Source: Chiloscyllium plagiosum
Lineage: Eukaryota
Assembly (NCBI RefSeq): GCF_004010195.1
Contig: NC_057751.1
Location: 8,685,611-8,749,610 of the forward strand
Length of the DNA: 64,000 nucleotides
Direction: 5' to 3'
The translations under genes were made by a program, and so were the position numbers. Each line of letters begins with the position of its first letter. The first letter of the stretch is position 1. Below, in pieces: positions 1 to 11,464 of the stretch. The notes under the pieces were generated by a model, which made no database searches, was not told the origin of the DNA, and worked only from the letters and a program-made list of their open reading frames with translations.

Positions 1-896
1 CCATAAGTACACAAGTGTGATGAGTGTGTGCAGGGAAAATATGGTACGAGATGGGTGAAGGGTAAGGTTACAGGAGGAGAGGGTGACAGCTAAGTAGAAC
101 GAGAGTTGCGGGTACATTAAGGGTGCCAAGGCTCAGACACCAGCTGCACAGGACTTGAAGAGTCAAGTTGGTGTGCCTACGGAGTAAGGAGAATAGCACC
201 ATCAGGACAGGATCGGTCAGGGTCAGGTCCTGAGAGGGAAACAGTTAGTTCTGGTCCAGTGACAGATGCAAGGATAATTTCTGGTCAGGTCCCAATGGTA
301 GAATTGAGTTGAGTCACATCATTTGGAGGTAGTAGGGGAGGTATGCAGTATTTATTTGAATCTGGCAAAAGGAGGGCAAGGTGGGTGTGTCAGGTCGAAT
401 CTTCCTTTCTGGGCTGAGATGGGATGATGGGGACAATGATGAAGTGGTGTGTGAGAGGTGTAGTGGAAGGTGAGAGAAGCAGGTATGGAAGTCTGTTGAA
501 TAATTGCTCAGTCACTTGCCTTGGGTTTACTGTCAAGACCAGTGATCTGACATGCAGTGGTGGGTCCGGGGCTATCGGGCAGGTGACATCGCGCCAGGAG
601 CATTCTGCTTGCACTGAGTAGGAAACCATTGAGTGCATCAGAGAGGAATGCATTTTTGACCATTATTTTGGTCTGTTTTGTGGCTCGTTCTCATCACATA
701 TAAGATACTTCAAAACTACATGATACATGTAATTTTGTTTTGGCGAATGCAGTTTTTGCATTGTTTCACCTTGGGCAAGAAATTGAATTGCTTCCTGTTC
801 ACTAATGACATAATTTCCTCTTGATTCGGTTTCCAAACTTGTCTTCGCCTCATGCTCTATTCCACTTTCATTTGTGTTAAATCATTGCAGAAGGAC

Positions 897-1010
897 TTGG
901 GTGGTGTAGTGGCTATAATGCTCTCTCTGAACCAGAAGGGCCTGGTTCAAGTCACGCCTGCTTCACAGGTATGCCAAAGCATCTTTGACCAGGTTGACTG
1001 GAAATATCTC
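897..1010 (+). mobile_element. Degenerate tRNA-derived SINE head
   Basis: A-box-like GGTGTAGTGG and B-box-like GGTTCAAGTC; no cloverleaf. Confidence 0.45.
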
Positions 1011-1094
1011 AGTCTTCTGTAACATGTGCCTCATCTGTGCTCTGATTACAATGTCGTCACAAATCTATTCTGCTTTCAATCCTCCCTCAGCACA

Positions 1095-1212
1095 ATAGGT
1101 AGACTAGTTCACAAGGTTAGATCACATGGAATACAGAGAGAACTAACCATTTGAATACAGAACTGGCTCAAAGGGAGAAGACAGAGGGTTGGGGGAGAAT
1201 TGCCTTTCAGAC
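1095..1212 (+). mobile_element. CR1 LINE reverse-transcriptase fragment
   Basis: Translates as RLVHKVRSHGIQREL..IQNWLKGRRQRV, similar to the CR1 RT segment in ORF 1910..2317. Confidence 0.7.
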
Positions 1213-1214
1213 AA

Positions 1215-1345
1215 AAAGAAAGTGAGGACTGCAGATGCTGGAGATTAGAGGAGAGAGTGTGGTACTGGAAAAACACAGCAGGTCATGCAGCATTCCAAGG
1301 AGGAAAATCAACGTTTCGGGCAAAAGCCTTTCATCGGGAATGAGG
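1215..1345 (-). mobile_element. Penelope-like terminal repeat fragment with decayed hammerhead motif
   Basis: Same sequence family as 20311-20475 and 53940-54095; minus strand reads CCGATGAAAGGCTTTTGCCCGAAACGTT. Confidence 0.7.
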
Positions 1346-1349
1346 CTTA

Positions 1350-2680
1350 TAAAGAACTTTCCATGCATACCTCCCGAAACCTTTCCCCTCTCACTTTGGA
1401 CTTGTGACCCCAAGTATTTGAGTTCCGCACTCTGGGGGGGGAAAAAAGTTCTTGCTATCCACCCTGTCTGTACCTCATGATTTTATAGGTCTCAATCAGG
1501 TCCACCCTCAACATCCCACTTTCTAATGAAAACAATTCTGATCTATTTAACCTCTCTTAATAGCTAGCACCCTCCATACCAGGCAACATCCTGGTGAACC
1601 TCCTCTGCACCCTCTCCAAAGCACCCACATCCTTTTGATAATGTGGCGACCAGGACTGTACGCAGTATTCCAAATGCAGCTGAACCAAAGACCTACACAA
1701 CTTTAACATGACCTGCCAATCTTGTACTCAATACCCCGTCCAATTGAGGAAAGCATGCCATATGCCTTCTTCACCACTTTATGGATCTGCATCGTCACCT
1801 TCAGGGAACAATGGATCTGAACACCCAGATCTCTCTGTCAATTTTCCCCAAGACTTCTCCATTTACCATTTAGTTCACTCGAGGATTGGATCTTCCAAAA
1901 TGCATCGCCTCACAACTCCATCTGCCATTTCTCTGCCCATCTCTCCAATCTATTTATATTCTGCTGTATTCTCTGACAGTCCCCTTCACTATCTGCTACT
2001 CCACCAATCTTGGTGTCATCAGCAAACTTGCTAATCAGGCAACCGATACGTTCCTCCAAATCATTTACATAAATCACAAACAACAGTGCTCCAGGCACGG
2101 ATCCCTGTGCAACACCGCTGGCCACAGGTCTCCATTTTGAGAAACTCCCTTCCACTACTACTCTATGTCTCCTGTTGCCCAACCAGTTCTCTATCCATCT
2201 AACTAGAACATCCTGGACCCTATTTGACTTCACTTTCTCCACCAGCCTACCATGGGGAACCTTATCAAATGCCTCAATAAAATCCATGTAAATGACATCC
2301 AAAGCCCTTCCCCCCAATCAGCTTTGTCACCTCCACAAAGAATTCTATTAGGTTTGTAAGACATGACCTTCCCCGCACAAAACCATGCTGCCCATTTTCT
2401 TCCGAATGTAAATAGCTCCTAAGCCTCAGCATATTGAGCAGCTTCCCTCCCACTGACGTCAGGCTCACCAGTCTATAATTACCTGGAGTATCCCTGCTAT
2501 CCTTCTTAAATAAGGAGAAAACATTAGCAATTCTCCAGCCCTCTGGGACCTCACCCATATTCAAGGATGCTGCAAAACTCTGTTAAAACCCCAGCTCTTT
2601 CCTCTCTCGCTTCCCTCAGTAACCTGGGGTAGATCCAATCCAGACCTGGGGACTTGTTTGTCCTTAATGCTTTTTAGAAT
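1350..2680 (-). mobile_element. CR1 LINE ORF2 (reverse transcriptase) fragment, frameshifted
   Basis: ORFs 2274..2564 and 1910..2317 give PGNYRLVSLTS, QHGFVRGRSCLTNL, YMDF..AFDKVPH, SGVAQGSV and SKFADDTK. Confidence 0.92.
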
Positions 2681-2682
2681 AG

Positions 2683-3118
2683 GACCAGGGAAAATTGAAC
2701 AGTTAGAATGAGAACAGCCACACTACCACCATGGAGAGACTGTCCAAAAAAAAAGCTCTCTCTGAAAGGTACCTCATCAATCAGTGACCTTGGAAACAGA
2801 AATCCCAAAGAAGAAAAGACGACCAAGGAAGAGAAGACTTCACGCCTGGCTGATTTTGAAAACTTGAATTTTTGGTAAACCTTAATTGGCGGTTTTATTG
2901 GACTGGTATTATAGATGGGAAGGGAAAAGATAGGTGAGAGGAAAGAGTTGTAATTAGTTGCTAGTTAATTATTCTCAGTTATACTTTAAGAAATAAAGTG
3001 CTACTTACATTTCAAACAGTTATTGGCCCCTCGAATTTTCACAGATTACTGCACAGGAAAAGTCTTTCCTGTGTTGCTGGTTTAAATTAAACAGGAGGGT
3101 TTACACCCTGTTGTAATA
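2683..3118 (+). mobile_element. 3' part of a solo LTR, same family as 10766-11464
   Basis: Shares the blocks GGGAAAATTGAACAGTT, TAGTTAATTATTCTC, TTTAAGAAATAAAG, CAGATTACTGCAC and TAAATTAAACAGGAGGGTTTA with the 10.8-11.5 kb copy. Confidence 0.7.
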
Positions 3119-3483
3119 CCTAGTGAGGTGATCAACAGCCAAAGGAAAGAGGACAGTGTGCAGTTTGGGGTGATGAAGCTCAAGAGATAAAATGGACCCC
3201 ACTCGTTTTCAACTTCAGATAATTCGATTTGTGGTTTACTGGTCAAGTTATACTTGGGGTGTGATCAAGAGCCAGGCTTCAAAATCAGAGGTGGTGGATC
3301 CCCAGCTTTGACTGCTTTCTTGCACATGATTGGGATTTCATATTGACCAGCACAGCAGAGATCTCTTTCGGTACTTGTATAAACATTGTGGATAGATTTC
3401 CAAGTACGGTCAATGGCAAATGAAACCCACCATCATCCTATCATTAAAAAGCATTTTCAAGTGATCGCTTTCAATGTACTTAC

Positions 3484-3659
3484 ATGTACAGCAAAGAAAG
3501 CAGACAGGAGATCTCACGTGCGATCACATGCAATTTTTCTTCCTGTTGCACATAACAGTGATCAACACTTGCCCTCAAACTGTTCAGAATAGGGAAGCAG
3601 TGCTGTGGACAAAAACGTCCACCAAAATAGGAATACTGTCAGTCACAACTCTAGTCTTG
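3484..3659 (-). other. Candidate non-coding (UTR or lncRNA) exon
   Basis: Acceptor tttttacctttag|C at 3660/3659 and donor CAT|GTAAGT at 3484/3483; 176 nt; stops in all three frames. Confidence 0.35.
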
Positions 3660-3951
3660 CTAAAGGTAAAAATTTTCATGGTGAGGAATAATCTTCACTG
3701 AAAGTATTAGACATAGGGCCCATTAGTGACAGGTTACTAGAGTACTCCTTTAATGGTAACGACAGTCAGAGATTGACTGTAGCTCCTGTCCAATTGCGGA
3801 GTGACATCATTAGATTCAGAATAGAAATAAACAAAGGGGCCTCAAATGAAAATGAATTAATTTTCAATGGATTGGTCGGGGTGCTGGGAAGATAACTGGT
3901 CAGAAAAGCTTGGTAAACCTTTGCACAGAACAGTATCTGCACAACAACACA

Positions 3952-4272
3952 GGGCAGCACAGTGGCTCAGTGGTTAGTACTGCAGCCTCACAGCGCCAAG
4001 GACCCAGGTTCGATTCCAGCCTCGGGCGACTGCCTGTGTGGAGTTTGCACATTCTTGCCGCATCTGCGTCAGTTTCCTCGGGGTGCTCTGGTTTCCTCCC
4101 ACAGTCCAGGGATATGGGAAACAGGTGAATTGGCCATGCTAAATTGGCCATAGTGTTAGGTGCATTAGTCAGAGGGAAATGGGTCTGAGTGGGTTACTTT
4201 TCAGAGGGTCAGCATGGACTTGTTGGGCCAAAGAGCCTGTTTGTACAGTGTAGGGAATCTAACCTAATCTAA
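3952..4272 (+). mobile_element. HE1/V-SINE-type tRNA-derived SINE, full length
   Basis: A box TGGCTCAGTGG, B box GGTTCGATTCC, central TGTGTGGAGTTTGCACATTCT...GGTTTCCTCCCACAGTCC domain, LINE-like tail ending in AATCT repeats. Confidence 0.88.
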
Positions 4273-5004
4273 CATGCTTCCCAATCCATCCTCTTCTCCC
4301 CTGAGATAGTGTATCTTCGGGGAGAAAGAGAACAGCAGAGCAGAAAACAAGTAGCAGGCCAGCATGAAGGAATGCTATCCCAATTCTCCAAAACTAATTG
4401 CATTCCACTCCAAGCGCTCTGTGAGATCCATTTATTTTGGATACAGCCTTGTTGTTCTGTGTTAGTCATGTGAACTTTATATTATAAGCAGGTCTGGAGA
4501 AGCCATTTGAATATCTCTTATCAACAGTCGATCTCAGCTGAGGCTCAATGTGTGCCCCTGTTCTTCAAGAGAAGAAACATGCAACAATTTGCTTTTATCG
4601 ACCTCGCACATATTGCACCTCAGTTTCTATTACACATTGAAAGTAGCATAAAAATTCTTCCATCGTATTACTTGAAAGCATTGATGAGGATTACAGTGGT
4701 TAAAAAAATAAATATTTAAACCAGAGAAAGTTAAACATAAAAGATAAAGGACTACAGGGAGAAACCAGATTTTTGGGATTAATTTTTGAAATAATTGTTC
4801 ATCAATTGGCACAGAACCAATAGGCATGTCTTTCTTCTCAGGGATGAAAAGAAGAGGTGCATATTGTAGTGTATGCCTTTTGATATGCATTTGGAGTGGT
4901 ATGCAGCTGATCCTGAACTAGACTCACGCCACTTCCTATTCTCAACTATCCTCACCCTAGCTTCTAATCTTCAGATAATTCTTTACCCAAGGATTTAAAC
5001 AATC

Positions 5005-5114
5005 CTTGGGTGAGCACACGGATGATGATGGGATAGTGTCAGGGGATGCTCAGATTAGTTCACAGGTTGGCACAACATCAAGGGCTTGTTCTGTGCGGTA
5101 TTGTTCTATGTTCT
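5005..5114 (+). mobile_element. CR1 3' tail fragment
   Basis: Resembles 35990-36100 and ends in TGTTCTATGTTCT. Confidence 0.6.
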
Positions 5115-8100
5115 TACTGAACCAGTCACCCTCAACATCTAACTCCCTTCGAGTGGCATGCGAATAGGAAAGACTCAATATTGGAACAAACAAGTTTTTC
5201 TGTACTTGCAGCAAGACAGAAGGGATACCTGTTACATGGGTTGTCATTGTGATTCTTGGAGCATTTTTTTAAGTGTTGAGTTTTTTTTATAAGTAGACAT
5301 ATCAAGTGAACATTATGTTTACTGATTTCAGCATCTTGAAGATGGTTCATGTAAGCATGTACAGACAACACATCTTGGCTTGAAACTGAGATTTGATTTT
5401 GTGTGTTAAATTTAGGTTTTTCCCTGCTGATTAAATCTCTATTGCAAACTTAGGCTAAGAAACAATGTTTTGGAATTATCCTTCTCCACATGCTTCAAGT
5501 TGTTTAGAATTAGTTCAGTGAAACTAAAGGAAGCATGCGTAAGTTTGGCTTCGCCATTATTTTAGAGACCAAGATTAAACACCGACTTGTTTCAGCCCTC
5601 TGCATGCAAGTTGATCAAGATTGAAGATGTCCTCTGATATATTGATTGTGCTCTTATGCGTTGTGGATGAGCCCAAGCACAACCAAGCAGGAGGTCTGTC
5701 AACTATGGATAGCTAGCCAGTTCAACTCCACCTTCTCCGGACTCCATTCACCCAAGTTGAGACCTGCCTCTTTGGGTTATAGTTATAGGGGATTCTGAAA
5801 TGAATCAAGTCTTAACAGTTTGGAGGTGAGATCATTCCAGTGTATGTCGTCCAACTGGATTGAAGTGTACACTAGTGTTAAAAGACTGCAATATACAGCA
5901 CTTTCATGAGTGAATACATGCAGTCACAAGCAGTTTCTGAAACTGCACAAGGGAACCCACCTTGGTCACCTCCTCTCTTTCTGTTGGCTATGTTCTTTAT
6001 ACTTGAATTGTTGGAACCACTGCGGTTGGTGGTCAGACAATAGCAGCGCTGAAAACACTGAAGCTACAATCAAGTCTAATCTCTAGTAATACATGTTGAG
6101 TATTATTAACATCATACCTGCTGACAGCCAACCGTCCTCTTAAATAGCTGCAATTCTAACCTAGCTGTTTCTCTGTGTGCTATTCACATTATTTCCAGGC
6201 ACTCTGACCAAATTATCAAGTACCAGAACAGTGAACTAGGTTTAAGTCAGCAGGATGTGAAAATGATGGGGTCCCCTCGCGCCTACTGCCCTTTTGCACT
6301 GTGGATCAGGGATGGTATACACTGTGACCATCATACAACTTTCATGCAATAAATCAATGTTTTCAAAACTGATGATTGGGATGTTGATCAAGCAAACTGC
6401 CTTGTCTGAGATGATGCTGAGTTTCTTGAGTGGTGTTGCAGTTACAACCACCCAGGTGATGATCTCATCACACTGCTGAACTAGGCCTTGAAAAGGCATT
6501 ACAGACTTGAGCCTCTCCCTTCAACACCAAAATAAAAATATTTTGGAGACTGCAAATAATAGTTTTGGCTACAATTGTCATTTTTACACAATAGTTAACC
6601 TAATAACACATTGTGAAACACACATTCAACTCACATTTGGGCTGAGGGATGCACTAACATGTCAAAATCAATGTTCCCATTTGAAGTCCAACTTAACAGT
6701 GAGAACCAGGTTGCAGTATTGAGAACTTCCTCTTGGCAGCAGGGCATCTTGCTGCCCGATGGTCAGCTGAAGTGACATCTGTATCTAATGTTTCGCATGT
6801 TTGTGACACCTCACACACGCTCTGAACTTAGCACAAACTCTCATTCCACTTTAGAACATGGTTTGATTGTATCCAATACCTCTGTGCAATGCAGAGTCAA
6901 GTGGTTTTCACCAGTTCAAGTGTAGATGTCAAAAACCTATTAACGAATACAATGGGAACTTGCTTAGAGCTTACCAAAGTCTTCAGCATCTGTAGAGTCC
7001 CAAATTATCCAGGACACAAAATCAGTTTTTTTAAAAAATTGGCAATCTGAATCATAACCTTCCAAACTTCAGATTGCAAATTGGTCTGAATCTGTGAAGA
7101 TTAAAAAATTGTTTCCAGAAAGCAGTTCTTAAAAAATCATACAAGACTGAAAGCAGAATTCATGTGCATCATGTCAGAGCAAAGGTCTGATAAGGTAAAA
7201 GGCAACTTCAGGCTTTCAAGAAGTCGTGACTGTAGTTTGAGATTCACCTCAAGAATTGAACTGGTTTAACATTCAGAATTTTCTTCAGACTTAAAAGCAA
7301 CCTTCACCCTCATTGAAACAAAGACAGACAACAAGATCAGAGAACAAAGAACACCTGTCAATTTGATCCCACTGGGACACTTGCAGATCTGCATGGAGGT
7401 TCAGTCAGATAATGTTGGAGTTATGTCACCAGGTTATTCGCCCAGTGATGAAAAAGCCATTCCATCACCAGCAACTGGGGGTGTTGGCAGGGGGTGTGGG
7501 TGTCCTCTCTCTTTATGTCTCCACAACATGTTATTGCCAAGTCAGACAAGAGGTACCCAGGATCTTGGGAACAGTAACGGAAGGATCACGAAACGAAGAA
7601 ACATTAATGACAATTTATGACACCAAGTGTGCAAAGCATTCAGGAGAAGGGAGCAAGTGGAGAAGCAAATTTACAAGATGTGACCCCTGGTCAGGCTTCA
7701 GGTCTGCCAGTGAAATGAACTTCTTAAATATGTGTAATGAATTTCTGACAGCAGTCTCAATCAAAGAATAGTCAGTTGGATCTGTGCTCCAGACAATATG
7801 CACTGCCATTTCTGAACAATTCTAGAATAGTTAAAAAAAATTCATGTATGATATGTTCCTTAATAGCAAAGAAAATGCTGCAGCATTGAATTCTGGACAA
7901 ATGGTTGAAGTTACATCAGGGTGATGGGGAACAATCACCTTTCTCCTAATTCAGGAGCGTGTGGGAAAAGCACTTAACTGTCAGAAAAACTGTTGCCAGC
8001 TTGAAATGAGCTCTTCACTAAGTTTCTCCCTAATTCAGGTACATCTTAAAAAAGCTTGTGGCTTTACTGGGAGGGCAAAAATGAGTGCTTCCCCTGTCCA

Positions 8101-8329
8101 GTCAAATCTCAATTCCTTCAGCACACCAAACCTGTTTTCTCCTCAGACACTTCAGTGCCACAACTGATTCAGCGGCAAAATGACCAATTATTTTGAGGTA
8201 GACTAATTTTACAAACATTTCAGGGCATATACTCAACTACTGTAAATGGCTCTTGGCATTCTCCCTGCTCTTCAGAAAACAGCCATGTAAGAACCAAAAT
8301 TGAAGGAAAGAAAATGGTCAAATGGTTTC

Positions 8330-9100
8330 CTCGCCACAACACAAATTCACCGCAAATCCTCGTGTGTCGCGCCCAAAATCCTCAGCGTTTCTTGAACTAT
8401 GTCGGTATTATAAGAAACCGAAACAGGCTGCTCTCCTGTACCTGGTGGTAAGCGGTCACAATGATACCCCCGAATTTGCCTGCCTTTCCCTGCAGGCGGC
8501 ACAGCTGACGGTCATGACTGCAGACCAAAACACCTGGAGGGTCGTCAAATCTCAACTCAAATTTCCCCGCTCACATCCTCCTGCATCCAAACAAAATCAG
8601 CGTCCCCAAGTCCCTGGGAAATCCACTGTTTTTTCCACCAACAAGAAAAAAATTGAAAGGATGGCGACAAAATGTTTTCATTTTGAAATGGACTTAAAGC
8701 TGAAACAATTCAACAAAAGGACTGAATTTCAACTGAAAATTGGGATTTCGCCCCGGCCTGACCAAACAGCCCAACAACTATAAAGCAAAAGCAAAATGAC
8801 ATGTTGTTAACTCACCTCAGCACAACTGAGATTCAAGTGCTGAGTAAAGGAAGCACCCAAAACGAAGGCGTACGAAGATTGTCTGACGTTTCGTGCATAA
8901 ACGTTTCCCAACAGGGCCAAACGAAAATGCTCCAAACTGGTGGCAACTTCAAAGAAACATCCTTTCCCCACCACTTTGTCCCCCGCTGCAGTGGACGGGC
9001 GGGAGGACACATCTGTCGCTGATGACCTGGGCACGAGGATGATTGCACTCCCGCCTTCAAACTGCACTGTCTTCCGATTGGCTTGGAGCACAGCATTGAG
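8330..9100 (-). promoter_or_regulatory. CpG-enriched putative promoter and first-exon region of an unidentified minus-strand transcript
   Basis: Many CpGs relative to the flanks; minus-strand CCAAT (9081-9077), TTTGAA (9061-9056) and GGCGGGAG; E2F-like TTTCCCCGC at 8562-8570; consensus donor GAG|GTGAGT at 8816/8815. Confidence 0.45.
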
Positions 9101-9154
9101 GATCTTTGAGATTGATCTCAAATCCAAAGTAGCTGGTGAACATTTTCAAGGAGG

Positions 9155-9308
9155 TAAAAACAATGACTGCAGATGCTGGAAACCAGATTCTGGATCAGTG
9201 GTGCTGGAAGAGCACAGCAGTTCAGGCAGCATCCGAGGAGCATTAAAATCGACGTCTCGGGCAAAAGCCCTTCATCAGGAATAAAGGCAGAGAGCCTGAA
9301 GGGTGGAA
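9155..9308 (-). mobile_element. Penelope-like terminal repeat
   Basis: Reverse complement is nearly identical to 53943-54095; hammerhead motif carries a GAAA>GAGA change. Confidence 0.8.
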
Positions 9309-10765
9309 GCTGAACGCCGCTGTTCAGGGGAGCTTGAAAAAAAAAGCACATTTTCACACCGAGTTCACATTCCCAGGTTTCGCGATTGTCTGGGATATGG
9401 AAGAACAGTGAAGAGAAGCGAAAAGACCTCAAAACCCTTTCAATTGTCTCAGCCTGGTCTAATGTCAGGACTCTATATGGCCATCCTATCACCTTGCTTC
9501 TCATCCACTTGTTATCCAAAATAATCTGAACGAACGCTTGTCTGTCAGTTAGTGAAAGGCAGAATCGACAACGGTTGGAAACGCAAGACAATGGAACTTG
9601 GACATCAATCAGCTCATTGTCTTCACAAGCACTGAAGTTTTAGAAAGGGCAGGGCGAATGCAGTAAGTCGTTGTGTCGCCTCACAGTACAATGTAACGGA
9701 GAGGGAGACGAAGCAGCGCCAGATGACCACACAAGCAGTATTGCTGTTTTCACGGAGTTACTAAATATAGAGCCAACTGCCACAGGCCAAGGTCATCCCC
9801 ACTGTAAATTATTTTTGGTTTTGATCATTGTAAGCCAGCAAGGTATTGGATTTTTTTCCTCTTTCATGCTTTTTCAAAGAGAACCAACCAATCTTCCAAC
9901 TGTTCATAGGTCCCAATGCCTCTGGCAAGAATAGGATCTAGCATGGAACTTGCGGAAGAATATGGAGCTTAAAGGTGACCTGTCAATCTCACCCAATAAT
10001 TGTGAAGATCAGAAACTGGAGGTGATGAACTGCAAATGGAAAGTTCGAATACAATGTGTAACCCTCCCCACACACTCAGAACAAACAACAAAAACCCCGT
10101 AAACAAGTTTTACTTTCTCATTATTGGTTTCTGTTTCTTGTCACATTCTTTTGTGAAAACAAATGGTGTGCTTGAGCCAGCACTGCATGTTGTGAATGAT
10201 TTCTCTTGGAATGCACAAATAGTTGTTGTGCTCTCTTTAATCCTCAGCATTTTCTGAGCAAGATTCTCTCGTGAATGCCTGCTTTTCTCAGTGACATGGA
10301 AAAAAGATCATGCGAAAATCTTTTGAGAAATATGTCTAAGTGAAGACAAATTAGTCCACAGGATTATGGGTCAGTTGTTACCTTCAAGTTACAGAGAAAC
10401 TTGATGGGGGTAATGGCCTACTACTTTTCCTCGCATGAGTCCAAGAGATCTGGCATTTGTTGCCACTCGATGAATCTTTGAGAACACACCATTCTTCAGT
10501 CATGGTTCACTGTTCGAGAGTTGAACAGGCATGAGTGTTGCAGAATTCCAAGGGGGAGGGGGGGAAAGAGAATGCAAAATTGGTTATATTTATTACGCTT
10601 GGGATACTTCTGTCCAGTTCTGACCATGAAACTTTCCCAACAAAGGGAGACAATACTCAGCTGTGATTAACCCTCACTGGAAAGGTGCATTGCCTTAGGA
10701 TTAGAGAAATTTGAGCTTTTATTGCATTCAAAGTAGAAAATAATGTAGAAATTAATGATTGAAAG

Positions 10766-11464
10766 TGTTAAGATGTGGGTGTGCTGTACCTTTAAGAGAG
10801 TGAAAAGCTAGCAATGACAGCATCAAGTGTTCTCAATAAGATGCAATGTCACATGTGCTCCAGCTACTGGGATAGCTGGTTGCCCGGAAACGACAAACCA
10901 GATGCAAATTAGGCCAATCATTTTAAATTATAGCCTGAAAATTACCAAACTCCAAAAGAAACCCAATGTTCAGTTGTGTTGTATACAAGATGAAATTTAG
11001 TATACTGAGAATCTTAAAAGCTAATGACACAATTCAATGCTTTGGGGGAAATTGAACAGTTGAGAGGAGAACTGTCAAGCCAGTGATATCTGCACACTGC
11101 CCAGAAAAATAGTTCTCTCAAAAGTACCTTCATCGATCAGTAATCTGTGAAGCAGAATCCCCAAGAAAAGACAGGAAACAGAGAAAACTGAAAGCTGTCT
11201 GGTTTTGAGGAAAGTAGTTTTGTTTTGTAAATCTTAAGTGGGGACTTTATCGAGTATTATAGAGAGGAAGGTAAAAGATAGGTTCGAGTAAGACATTGTA
11301 AATAGTTTAGTTAATTATTCTCTGTTGTAGTTTAAGAAATAAAGTTGTTAATTTTTACTTTAAATAGGTCTTGGCCTCTCGAACTTTCAGATTACTGCAC
11401 GTCATAAATCTTTTCTGTGTTGCTGCTGTAAATTAAACAGGAGGGTTTAGCCAGTGTCGTAACA
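10766..11464 (+). mobile_element. Solo LTR
   Basis: TGTTAAGA...TCGTAACA terminal inverted repeat (7/8 match), internal AATAAA near 11338, second partial copy at 2683-3118; flanks AAAG/AAGG form only an imperfect TSD. Confidence 0.7.

Noticed and set aside
3952..4025. tRNA-like sequence with intact A and B boxes
   Set aside because: It is the head of a SINE and continues into the SINE body; not a tRNA gene.
8322..8783. 153-aa ATG-initiated plus-strand ORF
   Set aside because: No recognisable domain; lies in a CpG-rich promoter-like region where chance ORFs are common.
8807..9127. 106-aa minus-strand ORF ending in phase at the 8816 donor
   Set aside because: Starts at TTG with no in-frame ATG, overlaps the promoter motifs and shows no recognisable homology; more likely a non-coding first exon.
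2683..11464. Two related LTRs as the ends of one full-length provirus
   Set aside because: The copies are visibly diverged, there is no gag/pol/env, PBS or polypurine tract between them, and no shared TSD.
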